Source: Clostridia bacterium (GTDB taxonomy: Bacteria > Bacillota > Clostridia > Oscillospirales > CAG-272). Taken from it: DNA of 61,985 bases. Of the stretch, positions 40,165-49,414 are shown piece by piece. Position 1 is the first letter of the stretch, and each line of letters starts with the position of its first letter. The notes under the pieces were generated by a model. That model was not told where the DNA came from. It did not search any database and was given only the letters and a program-made list of their open reading frames with translations. The position numbers were made by a program, and so were the translations under genes. The stretch is from the NCBI GenBank assembly GCA_017451045.1, contig JAFSSK010000119.1, forward strand, positions 1 to 61,985, read 5' to 3'.

Positions 40165-40291
40165 CAGGCGGGGAGGGGGAGGGAAGCAGATGGCTTTTTC
40201 ACGAAAACAGAAAAATTTTCTGTATAAACACTTCAAAAGAGAAAATATGCCCAAAAATCGAGCCGTATTTGAAAATTCTTTCAATTTGATA

Positions 40292-40320
40292 TTGATTTCC
40301 GATTGGCCGTGTGCTATAAT
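40292..40320 (+). promoter_or_regulatory. Sigma-A promoter (extended -10) for the ABC transporter operon
   Basis: TTGATT (40292-40297), 17-nt spacer, TGcTATAAT (-10 at 40315-40320). Confidence 0.7.
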
Positions 40321-40388
40321 CCTTCCATGTTCGCCGGCCCCGTCGGCCGGAATTGACTAAAGGATTCTATACTAAAGAGGTTTGGGTC

Positions 40389-41351
40389 ATGAAAAAGAGT
40401 ATTGCACTGTTACTCTCCCTGCTGCTTGTCGTTTCCGCGCTGGCGGCAGTCACTTCCTGCTCGCAGGAAAAGAAAGCCTACACGGTAGGCGTGTGTCAGC
40501 TGATTCAGCACACGGCGCTGGACGCGGCAACGGAAGGATTCAAAAAAGCGCTGGAGGATGAACTCGGCGCGCAGGTCAACGTGATCGTCAAGAACGCGTC
40601 CGGCGATTCAAACGTCTGCACGACCATCGTCAACGGCTTTGTGGCCCAGGGCGTCGACCTGATCATGGCCAACGCCACGCCCGCCCTTCAGGCTGCAGCC
40701 GCAGCAACGGACACCATCCCGATCCTCGGGACGTCCGTCACGGAATACGGCACCGCGCTGGACATCACGGATTTCAAAGGCACGGTCGGCGGAAACATCT
40801 CCGGCACGTCGGATCTGGCGCCGCTGGACGAACAGGCGCAGATGGTAAAGGATCTGTTCCCGTCCGCAAGCAAGGTGGGGATCCTCTACTGCTCGTCTGA
40901 AGCGAACAGCATCTACCAGGTGAAGATGGTCACACAGTATCTGAAGGAACTCGGGTTCACTGTCACCGCCTATTCCTTCACGGATTCCAACGACGTATCC
41001 TCGGTGACGGCAACGGCATGCGCCGCCAACGACGTTCTGTACATCCCCACCGACAACGTGGCAGCCTCCAATACGGAAGCCATCGCCAACGTGGCGCTCG
41101 ACGCGAAAACGCCGATCATTGCCGGCGAGGAAGGAATCTGCAAAGGCTGCGGCGTTGCGACGCTGTCCATCAATTATTACGATCTTGGGTACGCGACCGG
41201 CAAGATGGCCGCCAAGATCCTGAAAGGCGAGGCCAAGATCTCCGAGATGCCCATCGAATACGCGCCCCAGGTGACGAAGAAATACAACAAGGCGAACTGC
41301 GAAGCGCTCAACGTGACGATCCCGGAAGGATATATCGAGATCACTGATTAA
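40389..41351 (+). CDS. ABC transporter substrate-binding lipoprotein (ABC_sub_bind / COG2984-like)
   Basis: 320 aa from the ATG at 40389 (AAGAGG RBS). Signal peptide plus lipobox LAAVTSC. It is followed by the cognate permease and ATPase. The track ORF starts at an upstream TTG. Confidence 0.85.
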   Translation: MKKSIALLLSLLLVVSALAAVTSCSQEKKAYTVGVCQLIQHTALDAATEGFKKALEDELGAQVNVIVKNASGDSNVCTTIVNGFVAQGVDLIMANATPALQAAAAATDTIPILGTSVTEYGTALDITDFKGTVGGNISGTSDLAPLDEQAQMVKDLFPSASKVGILYCSSEANSIYQVKMVTQYLKELGFTVTAYSFTDSNDVSSVTATACAANDVLYIPTDNVAASNTEAIANVALDAKTPIIAGEEGICKGCGVATLSINYYDLGYATGKMAAKILKGEAKISEMPIEYAPQVTKKYNKANCEALNVTIPEGYIEITD

Positions 41352-41371
41352 AACAAGATAAGGAAACAATA

Positions 41372-42313
41372 ATGATTTTTACTTCATTTCTGAATTCACT
41401 GCCCGGAGACATAGCGCAGGGACTGATTTGGGGTATCATGGCCATAGGAGTGTTCATCACGTTCAGAGTCATGGACGTGGCGGACCTGACCGTGGACGGT
41501 TCGATAGCTACTGGCGGAGCGGTTTGCGTTGTGCTGATCCGCGCCGGGGTCAACGCGTGGCTCGCGATGCTTTGCGCATTCGCGGCCGGCGTCCTGGCGG
41601 GACTGATCACCGGGCTGCTTCATACGAAATGCGGCATCCCGGCGATCCTCGCCGGGATATTGACGCAGTTGGCGCTGTATTCCATCAACCTGCGCATACT
41701 GGGTGACAGGGCGAACCAGCCTGTGTCCGTGGACAAGTACTACCTGATGGTATCGCAGAGATACACCAGAGCCCTGGATCTTTCGAACCCCCTGATCCTG
41801 CTGATCATCATGTGCGCCGTCCTGATCGGTCTTCTGTACTGGTTCTTCGGAACAGAGCGCGGGTGTGCGCTCCGGGCGACCGGTGCCAATCAGAACATGG
41901 CGAGAGCCCAGGGGATCAACACGAAAACGAACATCGTCCTCGGGTTGATGCTTTCCAACGGCCTTGTCGCGCTCAGCGGCGGTCTTCTGGCACAGTATCA
42001 GGGCGCGGCGGACGTGAACATGGGGCGCGGCGCCATCGTGATCGGGCTGGCCGCCGTCATCGTCGGAGAGGTCCTGTTCTCGATGATCGCCAGGAACTTT
42101 GCCGCTAAGCTGGCTACGGTCATCTGCGGCGCGATCATCTACTACGTGGTCATCCGGATCGTGCTGATCGCGGGGCTGAACACGAACGACCTCAAACTGC
42201 TGACGGCGCTCGTCGTGGCGGTCTTCCTGTCCATTCCGTACTGGAAGAGTTTCATTCTCCGCCGGAAAGGCATGTCGAAGAGCAAGGAGGAAAACCATGC
42301 TGCGACTGATTGA
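41372..42313 (+). CDS. ABC transporter permease
   Basis: 313 aa, polytopic and hydrophobic, adjacent to the SBP and ATPase. Confidence 0.85.
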   Translation: MIFTSFLNSLPGDIAQGLIWGIMAIGVFITFRVMDVADLTVDGSIATGGAVCVVLIRAGVNAWLAMLCAFAAGVLAGLITGLLHTKCGIPAILAGILTQLALYSINLRILGDRANQPVSVDKYYLMVSQRYTRALDLSNPLILLIIMCAVLIGLLYWFFGTERGCALRATGANQNMARAQGINTKTNIVLGLMLSNGLVALSGGLLAQYQGAADVNMGRGAIVIGLAAVIVGEVLFSMIARNFAAKLATVICGAIIYYVVIRIVLIAGLNTNDLKLLTALVVAVFLSIPYWKSFILRRKGMSKSKEENHAATD

Positions 42314-43094
42314 TGTTAGCAAAACGTTCAATGCCGGTACCGTCAACGAGAAAGTCGCTTTGAACAAGCTGTCCCTGACGCTTGAAGAGGGGGATTACGT
42401 CACGGTCATCGGCGGTAACGGCGCCGGTAAATCAACGATGCTCAACGCCATCGCCGGAACGTATCCTGTCGACGAGGGTCAGATCCTGATCGACGGGGTC
42501 GACGTGACAAAGCTGCCGGAGTACAAAAGAGCAAAATATCTTGGGCGGGTGTTCCAGGATCCGATGATGGGAACGGCCCCGACCATGCAGATCGACGAGA
42601 ATCTCGCGCTTGCGGCGCGCCGCGGGCAGCCGCGAGGCCTGAGGTGGGGCGTCACGAACGCGGAGCGGGAAGAATACAGGAAGCAGCTCCAGAAGCTCGG
42701 GCTCGGGCTGGAGGGCAGACTGACGTCCAAGGCGGGTCTTCTTTCCGGCGGCCAGCGTCAGGCGCTGACGCTCCTGATGGCGACGATGCAGCGGCCGAAG
42801 CTGCTTCTCCTCGACGAGCATACGGCGGCGCTCGACCCGAAAACGGCCATGAGGGTGCTGGAGATCACGGATCAGATCGTCACGGAGAGCAACCTGACGA
42901 CTTTGATGATAACCCACAACATGAAAGACGCCATTGCGCACGGCAACAGGCTGATCATGATGGATGCCGGACGGATCATCCTGGACATATCCGGCGAGGA
43001 AAAATCGAAGCTGACGGTCCCGGACCTGCTGAAGCTGTTTTCGGAAGCAGCCGGCGGATCGGACGCGTCGGACGACAAACTGCTGCTGTCCTGA
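42297..43094 (+). CDS. ABC transporter ATP-binding protein
   Basis: 265 aa with the Walker A GGNGAGKST, the signature LSGGQRQ, and Walker B LLLLDEH. AAGGAGG RBS. Confidence 0.93.
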   Translation: MLRLIDVSKTFNAGTVNEKVALNKLSLTLEEGDYVTVIGGNGAGKSTMLNAIAGTYPVDEGQILIDGVDVTKLPEYKRAKYLGRVFQDPMMGTAPTMQIDENLALAARRGQPRGLRWGVTNAEREEYRKQLQKLGLGLEGRLTSKAGLLSGGQRQALTLLMATMQRPKLLLLDEHTAALDPKTAMRVLEITDQIVTESNLTTLMITHNMKDAIAHGNRLIMMDAGRIILDISGEEKSKLTVPDLLKLFSEAAGGSDASDDKLLLS

Positions 43095-43115
43095 TTGGGG
43101 CGGCGACGGATGCGG

Positions 43116-43148
43116 CGGGCAGGAAGCCTGCCGCATTTTCCTTTTTTG
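43116..43148 (+). terminator. Rho-independent terminator after the ABC operon
   Basis: GC(G)GGCAGG-aag-CCTGCCGC hairpin followed by TTTTCCTTTTTT. Confidence 0.7.
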
Positions 43149-43210
43149 CGGGGCGGGTGCGGCATCGGCGCAAAGGCAACGGACGCAATCCCGTCAACTT
43201 CATTTTCCTG

Positions 43211-43239
43211 TGGCAAAACAATAGAAAAAGTGATATAAT
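43211..43239 (+). promoter_or_regulatory. Extended -10 promoter for purA-purB
   Basis: TGaTATAAT (-10 at 43234-43239) with a weak -35, TGGCAA, at 43211-43216. Confidence 0.5.
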
Positions 43240-43300
43240 ACTAACGTATGAATTTGATCGGCCGCCGGACGAGAGCCGGAGGCCTTGCGGAGGTTTTTCG

Positions 43301-44575
43301 ATGTCTAACTGTGCAATAGTCGGGATCAACTGGGGAGACGAAGGGAAAGGGCGCATGGTCGACCTTCTGACCGAGGAGTACGATGTGGTCATCCGGTATC
43401 AGGGCGGAGGAAACGCCGGCCACACGGTCATCAACGAATGCGGGAAGTTCGCGCTGCATCTCCTTCCTTCCGGCGTGTTCCGCAAAGGTGTCATGAACGT
43501 GCTTGGGAACGGCGTGGCGCTGGATATGGAGAATCTTTGGAACGAGATCGTTTCCGTTTCCTCGCAGGGCGTTCCGATCACGCCGGACAATCTCATCATC
43601 AGCGAGCGCGCGTCGCTTTTGCTGCCGTGGCACAGGGAACTGGACGGACTGGAGGAGGCGCGTCTGGCAGACAAGAAGTACGGCTCCACCAAGCAGGGGA
43701 TAGCGCCGTTTTACGCGGACAAATACCAGAAGAAGACAATCCTTGCCGGAGAGCTGTTCTATCCCGAGCGCCTTAAGGAGCACGTGAAGGATCTGGCCGA
43801 ATGGAAAAACCTGACGCTGACAAGAGTATACGGCGCAGAGGCCTGGACGGAGGAAAGGCTGCTTGACTGGTTCAGGGAGTACGGCGAGAAGATCAAGCCG
43901 TTTATCGGCAACACGGGAAAATACCTGAGCGACGCGATGTCGAACGGCAAGAACATGCTGTTCGAGGCGCAGCTGGGATCTCTGCGGGATCTTGATTTCG
44001 GCATCTGCCCATACACCACATCCTCCAACACCATCGCCGCCTACGCGCCGATCGGCGCGGGAGTCCCCGCGGCAAAGATCGACAAGGTCATCGGCGTCGT
44101 CAAGGCATACTCGACCTGCGTGGGCGAAGGCCCGTTCACGTGCGAGTGGTTCGGAGAGGAAGCGGAGAAGCTGCGGGAGGCCGGGTTTGAATACGGCGCG
44201 AAGACGGGACGTCCCCGCCGCGTCGGCCCGATCGATATCGTCGCGACAAGATACGGCATCGAGGTGCAGGGCGCTACGAGCATCGCCCTGACGAAACTGG
44301 ACGTTTTGAGCTACATGGACAAGATCCCCGTCTGCGCACGGTACGAGGTCAACGGACAGAAGACGGACGAGTTCCCGTTCCCGGCGCTTCTGCCGCAGGC
44401 CAAGCCGGTGATGATCGAACTGCCCGGGTGGAAGTGCGACATCTCAGGGGCACGCAAATGGGAAGATCTGCCGGAGAACGCAAGGAACTACGTCGAATAT
44501 ATTGAAAAGAACATCGGCTGCCGCATCGGGTACGTTTCGGTTGGACCCGAGCGGGACAGCATCATTTACAGGTGA
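43301..44575 (+). CDS. purA: Adenylosuccinate synthetase
   Basis: 424 aa from MSNCAIVGINWGDEGKGRMVD...QGGGNAGHTV (P-loop GDEGKG). GGAGG RBS. The 643-aa track ORF is an upstream in-frame artefact that overlaps the ABC ATPase. Confidence 0.95.
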   Translation: MSNCAIVGINWGDEGKGRMVDLLTEEYDVVIRYQGGGNAGHTVINECGKFALHLLPSGVFRKGVMNVLGNGVALDMENLWNEIVSVSSQGVPITPDNLIISERASLLLPWHRELDGLEEARLADKKYGSTKQGIAPFYADKYQKKTILAGELFYPERLKEHVKDLAEWKNLTLTRVYGAEAWTEERLLDWFREYGEKIKPFIGNTGKYLSDAMSNGKNMLFEAQLGSLRDLDFGICPYTTSSNTIAAYAPIGAGVPAAKIDKVIGVVKAYSTCVGEGPFTCEWFGEEAEKLREAGFEYGAKTGRPRRVGPIDIVATRYGIEVQGATSIALTKLDVLSYMDKIPVCARYEVNGQKTDEFPFPALLPQAKPVMIELPGWKCDISGARKWEDLPENARNYVEYIEKNIGCRIGYVSVGPERDSIIYR

Positions 44576-44580
44576 CCGGT

Positions 44581-46002
44581 ATGGGAAACAAACAAGTTTA
44601 CGAATCGCCGCTGGCATCAAGGTACGCGTCCGATTTCATGCTCCGCCTGTTTTCTCAGCAGGAAAGGATCAGGATCTGGCGCAGGCTGTGGGTAGAACTG
44701 GCCAGAGCCGAGCACGAACTCGGACTGCCCGTTAGCCTGGAGCAGGTAAAGGAGCTGGAGGCACATACGGATGATATCGATTTCTCCGTGGCGGAAGCCA
44801 GGGAGAAGGAAGTCAGGCACGATGTCATGGCGCATGTCTACGCGTACGGACAGGTCGCGCCGGGCGCGGCGGGGATCATCCATCTGGGGGCTACCAGCTG
44901 CTACGTCACGGATAACGCGGACCTGATCATCTACCGGGAGGGACTGCAGTATCTTGTCGGCGAGCTGAAGGGCGTCCTTCAGAATCTGGCTGATTTCGCG
45001 GAACGCTACCGCGCGCTGCCGACGCTCGGGTACACGCACTACCAGCCCGCGCAGCTGGTGACGGTCGGCAAAAGAGCGACGCTCTGGATGCAGGATTTCG
45101 CGTCGGATCTGGAAGAGATCAAACACGTCATCGGGACGATGAAGTTCCTCGGGTGCCGCGGGACGACCGGTACGGAAGCCAGCTTCATGGAACTGTTCGG
45201 CGGGGACACCGGCAAGATCGACGAGATGAACCGGCTAATCAGCGAAGCGTTCTCGTTCGAGTCCTGCTTCGACGTCTGCGGACAGACGTACCCCCGCAAG
45301 GAGGACAGCCGTATCATCAACGCGCTGTCGTCCATCGCGCAGAGCGCATACAGGATGGCGAACGACATAAGGCTCCTCCAGCACGACAGGCAGGTAGAGG
45401 AACCGTTCGAGGAACACCAGATCGGTTCATCCGCAATGGCCTACAAGCGGAACCCCATGCGTAGCGAGCGCATCTGCTCGCTGTCCAGGTACCTGATGGC
45501 GGATGCGGCGAACGCGCCCATGACGGCGTCGGTCCAGTGGCTCGAGCGGACGCTTGACGATTCGGCCAACAGGCGGATCTCGATGCCGGAGGCGTTCCTT
45601 TGCGCCGACGCGGTCCTGCGGCTGTGCAGGAACGTGACCAACGGCCTGCATGTCAACGAGAAGATCATCGACAGAACGGTGCGGGAGTATCTGCCCTTCA
45701 TTGCTACGGAAAATCTGATGATGGAAGGCGTCAAACGCGGCGGCAACAGACAGGAGCTGCACGAGATCGTCAGGCAGTGCTCCATGGAAGCGACGGCGCG
45801 CATGAAAGAGGGGGAACCCTGCGATCTGCTTTCCAGACTGGCGGAGCATCCCGAGTTCGGAATGACGCGGAAGGAGATGGAATCGGTCCTTTCGCCCGAC
45901 CGGTACACCGGCAGGTGCGCCGAGCAGGTCAGCCGGTACGTCCAGAAAATCCGGAAACTGCTCACGGACGTTCCGAAGGATCAGGCGGAAATCAATCTTT
46001 AA
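44581..46002 (+). CDS. purB: Adenylosuccinate lyase
   Basis: 473 aa (ATG 44581 with an AGGTGA RBS; GTG 44572 is possible). Fumarate-lyase signature GSSAMAYKRNPMRSE. Confidence 0.93.
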   Translation: MGNKQVYESPLASRYASDFMLRLFSQQERIRIWRRLWVELARAEHELGLPVSLEQVKELEAHTDDIDFSVAEAREKEVRHDVMAHVYAYGQVAPGAAGIIHLGATSCYVTDNADLIIYREGLQYLVGELKGVLQNLADFAERYRALPTLGYTHYQPAQLVTVGKRATLWMQDFASDLEEIKHVIGTMKFLGCRGTTGTEASFMELFGGDTGKIDEMNRLISEAFSFESCFDVCGQTYPRKEDSRIINALSSIAQSAYRMANDIRLLQHDRQVEEPFEEHQIGSSAMAYKRNPMRSERICSLSRYLMADAANAPMTASVQWLERTLDDSANRRISMPEAFLCADAVLRLCRNVTNGLHVNEKIIDRTVREYLPFIATENLMMEGVKRGGNRQELHEIVRQCSMEATARMKEGEPCDLLSRLAEHPEFGMTRKEMESVLSPDRYTGRCAEQVSRYVQKIRKLLTDVPKDQAEINL

Positions 46003-46011
46003 CAAAAACTT

Positions 46012-46045
46012 TGAAAGCGGCTCGACAACCGCTTTCATTTTTTTG
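46012..46045 (+). terminator. Rho-independent terminator after purB
   Basis: TGAAAGCGG-ctcgacaa-CCGCTTTCA followed by T7. Confidence 0.8.
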
Positions 46046-46129
46046 TCCCAATTCTTGTTTTTTGCATTGTTTTTATATAAAAAATAGATTATAATACAAT
46101 TAGAAACTTGTGCGAGGGGAGAAAAACGC

Positions 46130-47140
46130 ATGACTCAGCGGCTACGCGACGCAATGAAAACGCGGTATCAACTGCGGTTGCGCGAAGACGGCAGCTTCAG
46201 GACGCTGTTCACCTCGGACTACCATGCGCCCCGCGGACGCAGATGGGATCCGGAACTGAAAAAAGACATCCATACACTGCTGGACGTATGCGACCCCGAT
46301 CTGTTCTTCATCATCGGCGACCTGACGGACAGCGGAGGTCTTGACTCGGTCGAGATGCTTGAAGAATATGTCAGCGACATCACGGAAGAGATCGAGAAAA
46401 GACAGATAGCCTGGGCGCACGTGCCGGGCAACCATGACGGCGCCACAGAGGAAGGCCTGCCGCTGTCCGTGTTCCAGGCCCATCCGCACTGCCTGTCCGA
46501 AAGAGGTCCGGCGGAGGTGTCGGGATACGGGACATACATGCTGCCCGTATGGCCGCACGACGGGCATACGGAAGACGGGCCCGCTTTCGTCATCTGGGCC
46601 ATGGACGCCCACAGCGGGTGCAACAGGTACGGCATGGATTTCCAGTCTCCAGCGCCGCTCGTGCTCCCCAACATGCCTGTTAGGTTCAACGGATCCGATT
46701 CGGTCCATTTCAACCAGGTGGCCTGGTACTGGGACCTGTCCGTCGAGCTGGAGAAGGAATACGGGCGAAAGATCCCTGGCATTATCGTTATGCATTCGCC
46801 GGTGCAGGAGTTCTGCCTTGTCGGCATGAATCCGACGGATACGGAGATGGACGGGATCATGCTCGAATCCCCCGGGCCCGGCGCAGTCAACACCGGACTG
46901 TTCGCCGCAGCATACGAGCGGGGAGACGTCAAGACAATCGTTTCCGGGCATGATCATCTGAACAACTACTCCGGCAAATATATGGGCATTTTACTGACAG
47001 AAGACGGAAGTCTCGGCCGGAACGGGTACGGGATCGACGAGATCCGGGGCGGAAGGCTGTTCACGTACAGCGCCGAGAAGCCGGACGAGATCCCCTCAAG
47101 GCACGTCGTCGTCAGGGATTACCGGGAGGGCGCGCGATGA
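46130..47140 (+). CDS. Calcineurin-like metallophosphoesterase (motifs intact)
   Basis: 336 aa with all the metallophosphoesterase motifs I recognise: SDYH (DxH), IGDLTD (GD), GNHD, MHSP, GHDH. Confidence 0.85.
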   Translation: MTQRLRDAMKTRYQLRLREDGSFRTLFTSDYHAPRGRRWDPELKKDIHTLLDVCDPDLFFIIGDLTDSGGLDSVEMLEEYVSDITEEIEKRQIAWAHVPGNHDGATEEGLPLSVFQAHPHCLSERGPAEVSGYGTYMLPVWPHDGHTEDGPAFVIWAMDAHSGCNRYGMDFQSPAPLVLPNMPVRFNGSDSVHFNQVAWYWDLSVELEKEYGRKIPGIIVMHSPVQEFCLVGMNPTDTEMDGIMLESPGPGAVNTGLFAAAYERGDVKTIVSGHDHLNNYSGKYMGILLTEDGSLGRNGYGIDEIRGGRLFTYSAEKPDEIPSRHVVVRDYREGAR

Positions 47141-48072
47141 GTGTTTTTGACAGAAAAGAAACAGCCGCGCGGCCGCTGAAACTGCGAAGCGACGGCGGAT
47201 TCCGGATCCTGGAGATCCACGGAACGGAGATCTGCGAGGCGAATATAGACACAATCCCGGGACAGATCGGAAGACTGCTCGACAGCGTGAAGCCGGATCT
47301 TGTCTACCTGACGGGCGATATGACGGCGGGCGCTTCGAACGTTTCCGAACTGGAAAAAAGGCTAGACGCGCTGATAGGGCCCATCGAGGAAAGAAACCTT
47401 GAATGGACGCATATTTTCGGCGACATGGACAGGCGGGCGGGGCTGGCCGCCGAGGACCAGCTGGCCTCATACAAGAAATACCCGCACTGCCATTCAATCG
47501 CAGGGCCGTCGGAACTGGACGGCTGCGGCAACTACATCCTCCCGGTGCTGGACAGCAGAGGAGATCCCGCATTCGTTTTGTGGGGCTTTGACACCGGGTG
47601 CGAGATCGGCGTATACGAGGAGAAGTACCATTCGCCCCACAGGGCAAGACTTGCGTCTCCGATCTATACGGAGCATTACATGGACGGGATCCATATGAAC
47701 CAGACGATGTGGTACTGGCATCTGTCCCAGGAACTGGAGGCGGATTATGGACGAAAGATCCCGGGACTCATGTTCTTCCACACGTCTACCCAGGAACACA
47801 CGATCATCCCGATGAACGAAAGACTGACCGGAATGCGCGGTTCCCAGGACGGGCAGGTCGTCTGTTCGGTTGTCTGCGGCGGTATGTGGTCCGCCGTGTT
47901 CGAACGCAAGGACGTTCAGGGCATCTACTGCGGGCACACGAGAAGAGACAAAAACAATTTCGTCGGTTCATACGGAGGGATCCGCCTGGGTCTGTCTCCG
48001 GCATTCAAGGACGGCGAGCAGTATTACAGAGTGTTCGAGTTCAGGGACGGCATTTTCAGCGAATTGTTCTGA
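47137..48072 (+). CDS. Metallophosphoesterase paralog with degenerate metal-binding motifs
   Basis: 311 aa, collinear with the upstream paralog (shared WYW.LS.ELE..YGRKIPG block). DxH is replaced by EIHG and GNHD by GDMD; GHDH becomes GHTRRD. The start overlaps the upstream stop (ATGA). Confidence 0.8.
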   Translation: MSVFDRKETAARPLKLRSDGGFRILEIHGTEICEANIDTIPGQIGRLLDSVKPDLVYLTGDMTAGASNVSELEKRLDALIGPIEERNLEWTHIFGDMDRRAGLAAEDQLASYKKYPHCHSIAGPSELDGCGNYILPVLDSRGDPAFVLWGFDTGCEIGVYEEKYHSPHRARLASPIYTEHYMDGIHMNQTMWYWHLSQELEADYGRKIPGLMFFHTSTQEHTIIPMNERLTGMRGSQDGQVVCSVVCGGMWSAVFERKDVQGIYCGHTRRDKNNFVGSYGGIRLGLSPAFKDGEQYYRVFEFRDGIFSELF

Positions 48073-48088
48073 CAGGAGGAGAAACACC

Positions 48089-48886
48089 ATGATAGAATAC
48101 AGCATTTACCCGGGAGAGAAGACAAGGATCGTCACGTTCAGCTACGACGACGGGGACGTGAACGACAAGAAGCTGGTCGAATTGTTCGACCTTTACGGGA
48201 TGAAAGGAACTTTCTGCCTGAACAGCAGGCGGTTCCTGGAATTTGACGACGAGCAGAAGATGATGCTGACCGAGCGCTATGCCGGTCACGAGATCGCATC
48301 GCACACGGTCCATCACGGCTGGCCGATCCATATGCAGCCGCAGACGCTGGTCACGGAGATCGTCGAGGACAGAAAGCTCCTCGAGAAGATAGCCAGATAT
48401 CCGGTCATCGGCGCCTCCTATCCGTTCGGGTCGTACAACGACAAAGTGGAAGAGGTCATGCGCAACTGCGGGATCGTTTATTCCAGAACGACGAAAAGCA
48501 CGCACGGATTCGATCTGCCGCTGGATTTCCTGGCATGGCATCCGACATGCCATCACCGGGACGCCCAGCAGGACTGCGAGCGGTTCGTCAAACAGCTGGA
48601 TTACAAATTTGGGCAGCCGCTGCTTTACATCTGGGGCCATTCCTTTGAATTCACGACGGAAGAGGAATGGGGAAAAATGGAATCGGTTCTCGATATGATT
48701 TCCGGACTGAACCAGGTCTGGTATGCGACGAATCTGGAAATATACAATTACATCTGGGCGCAGCGGCAGCTGAAGATCTCGATGGACGAGCACATTTTCT
48801 GCAACCCGACGTCGGAAGACGTATGGGTCGTACGCAACGAAGTGGAACATCTTCTGATTCCTGCAGGGAAAACGATAGAAATCTAA
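48089..48886 (+). CDS. Polysaccharide deacetylase (CE4 / NodB homology domain)
   Basis: 265 aa from the ATG at 48089 (AGGAGGA RBS). Contains FSYDDGD and SHTVHH motifs. The track ORF is over-extended into the previous gene. Confidence 0.85.
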   Translation: MIEYSIYPGEKTRIVTFSYDDGDVNDKKLVELFDLYGMKGTFCLNSRRFLEFDDEQKMMLTERYAGHEIASHTVHHGWPIHMQPQTLVTEIVEDRKLLEKIARYPVIGASYPFGSYNDKVEEVMRNCGIVYSRTTKSTHGFDLPLDFLAWHPTCHHRDAQQDCERFVKQLDYKFGQPLLYIWGHSFEFTTEEEWGKMESVLDMISGLNQVWYATNLEIYNYIWAQRQLKISMDEHIFCNPTSEDVWVVRNEVEHLLIPAGKTIEI

Positions 48887-48910
48887 GGAACAAATCAAGG
48901 AGAAACAGTA

Positions 48911-49414
48911 ATGAAACAGAGATACGATATCGTAATAGCCGATATTTCACTGACGGTCGAGACGGAAGCGGAAGCCGCGGAAGTCGATCAGATCGTGAGC
49001 CTGCTTGACCGCCGGATGCGCGAACTCACGCAGAGAGGGCGCGGCTGCTCCAAAGTCGAAGCCGCTGTCCTTTGCGCCATGGATTTCTGCGGAGAGCGCA
49101 CGCAGCTGATCGCAAACAACAGGACACTTGAGCAGGAACTGGAGGACAGCAACCGCGCGATCGGCACCCTCAAGGCAAAGATCACGGAACAGAAAGAAGA
49201 GATCGACCGCCTGAAGAACGACAACGAGGTCATGCATTCCATCCTTGAACGCGCCGCAGCGACCAACAAGTTCACGTCCGGCGCCTCCGAGACTGCCTCG
49301 ACCGCCGCAGACACCGAGCCCCAGGCGCAGGAATCCGCAGGCGCGGACAAGAAGGGGAAGAACAAAAACCGTACCGGGGACATGTTCGGACTGCTGACAT
49401 TCGGAGATGTATAA
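48911..49414 (+). CDS. zapA: Cell division protein ZapA-like
   Basis: 167 aa. The N-terminal 80 aa fit the ZapA pattern (IVIADISLTV..E.E..VDQIVSLLDRRMREL....SKVEAAVLCAMDF), followed by a coiled coil. The zapA / U32 peptidase adjacency is common in Clostridia. Confidence 0.65.
   Translation: MKQRYDIVIADISLTVETEAEAAEVDQIVSLLDRRMRELTQRGRGCSKVEAAVLCAMDFCGERTQLIANNRTLEQELEDSNRAIGTLKAKITEQKEEIDRLKNDNEVMHSILERAAATNKFTSGASETASTAADTEPQAQESAGADKKGKNKNRTGDMFGLLTFGDV

Noticed and set aside
40101-40388. Possible oriC at the - to + strand-switch point, and a possible T-box leader for hisS
   Set aside because: I found no 9-mer within 2 mismatches of TTATCCACA. The region is fully explained by two back-to-back sigma-A promoters. 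The hisS 5' UTR is only about 30 nt, far too short for a T-box riboswitch.
42644-43300. A 219-codon N-terminal extension of the purA ORF (the track ORF of 643 aa)
   Set aside because: The extension overlaps the ABC ATPase gene and crosses a terminator and a promoter. It is Arg/Gly-rich nonsense. The canonical PurA N-terminus with a GGAGG RBS begins at 43301. The same logic applies to the over-extended track ORFs at 4588, 47870, 21883, 34898, 35676, 25397, 40353 and 60947.
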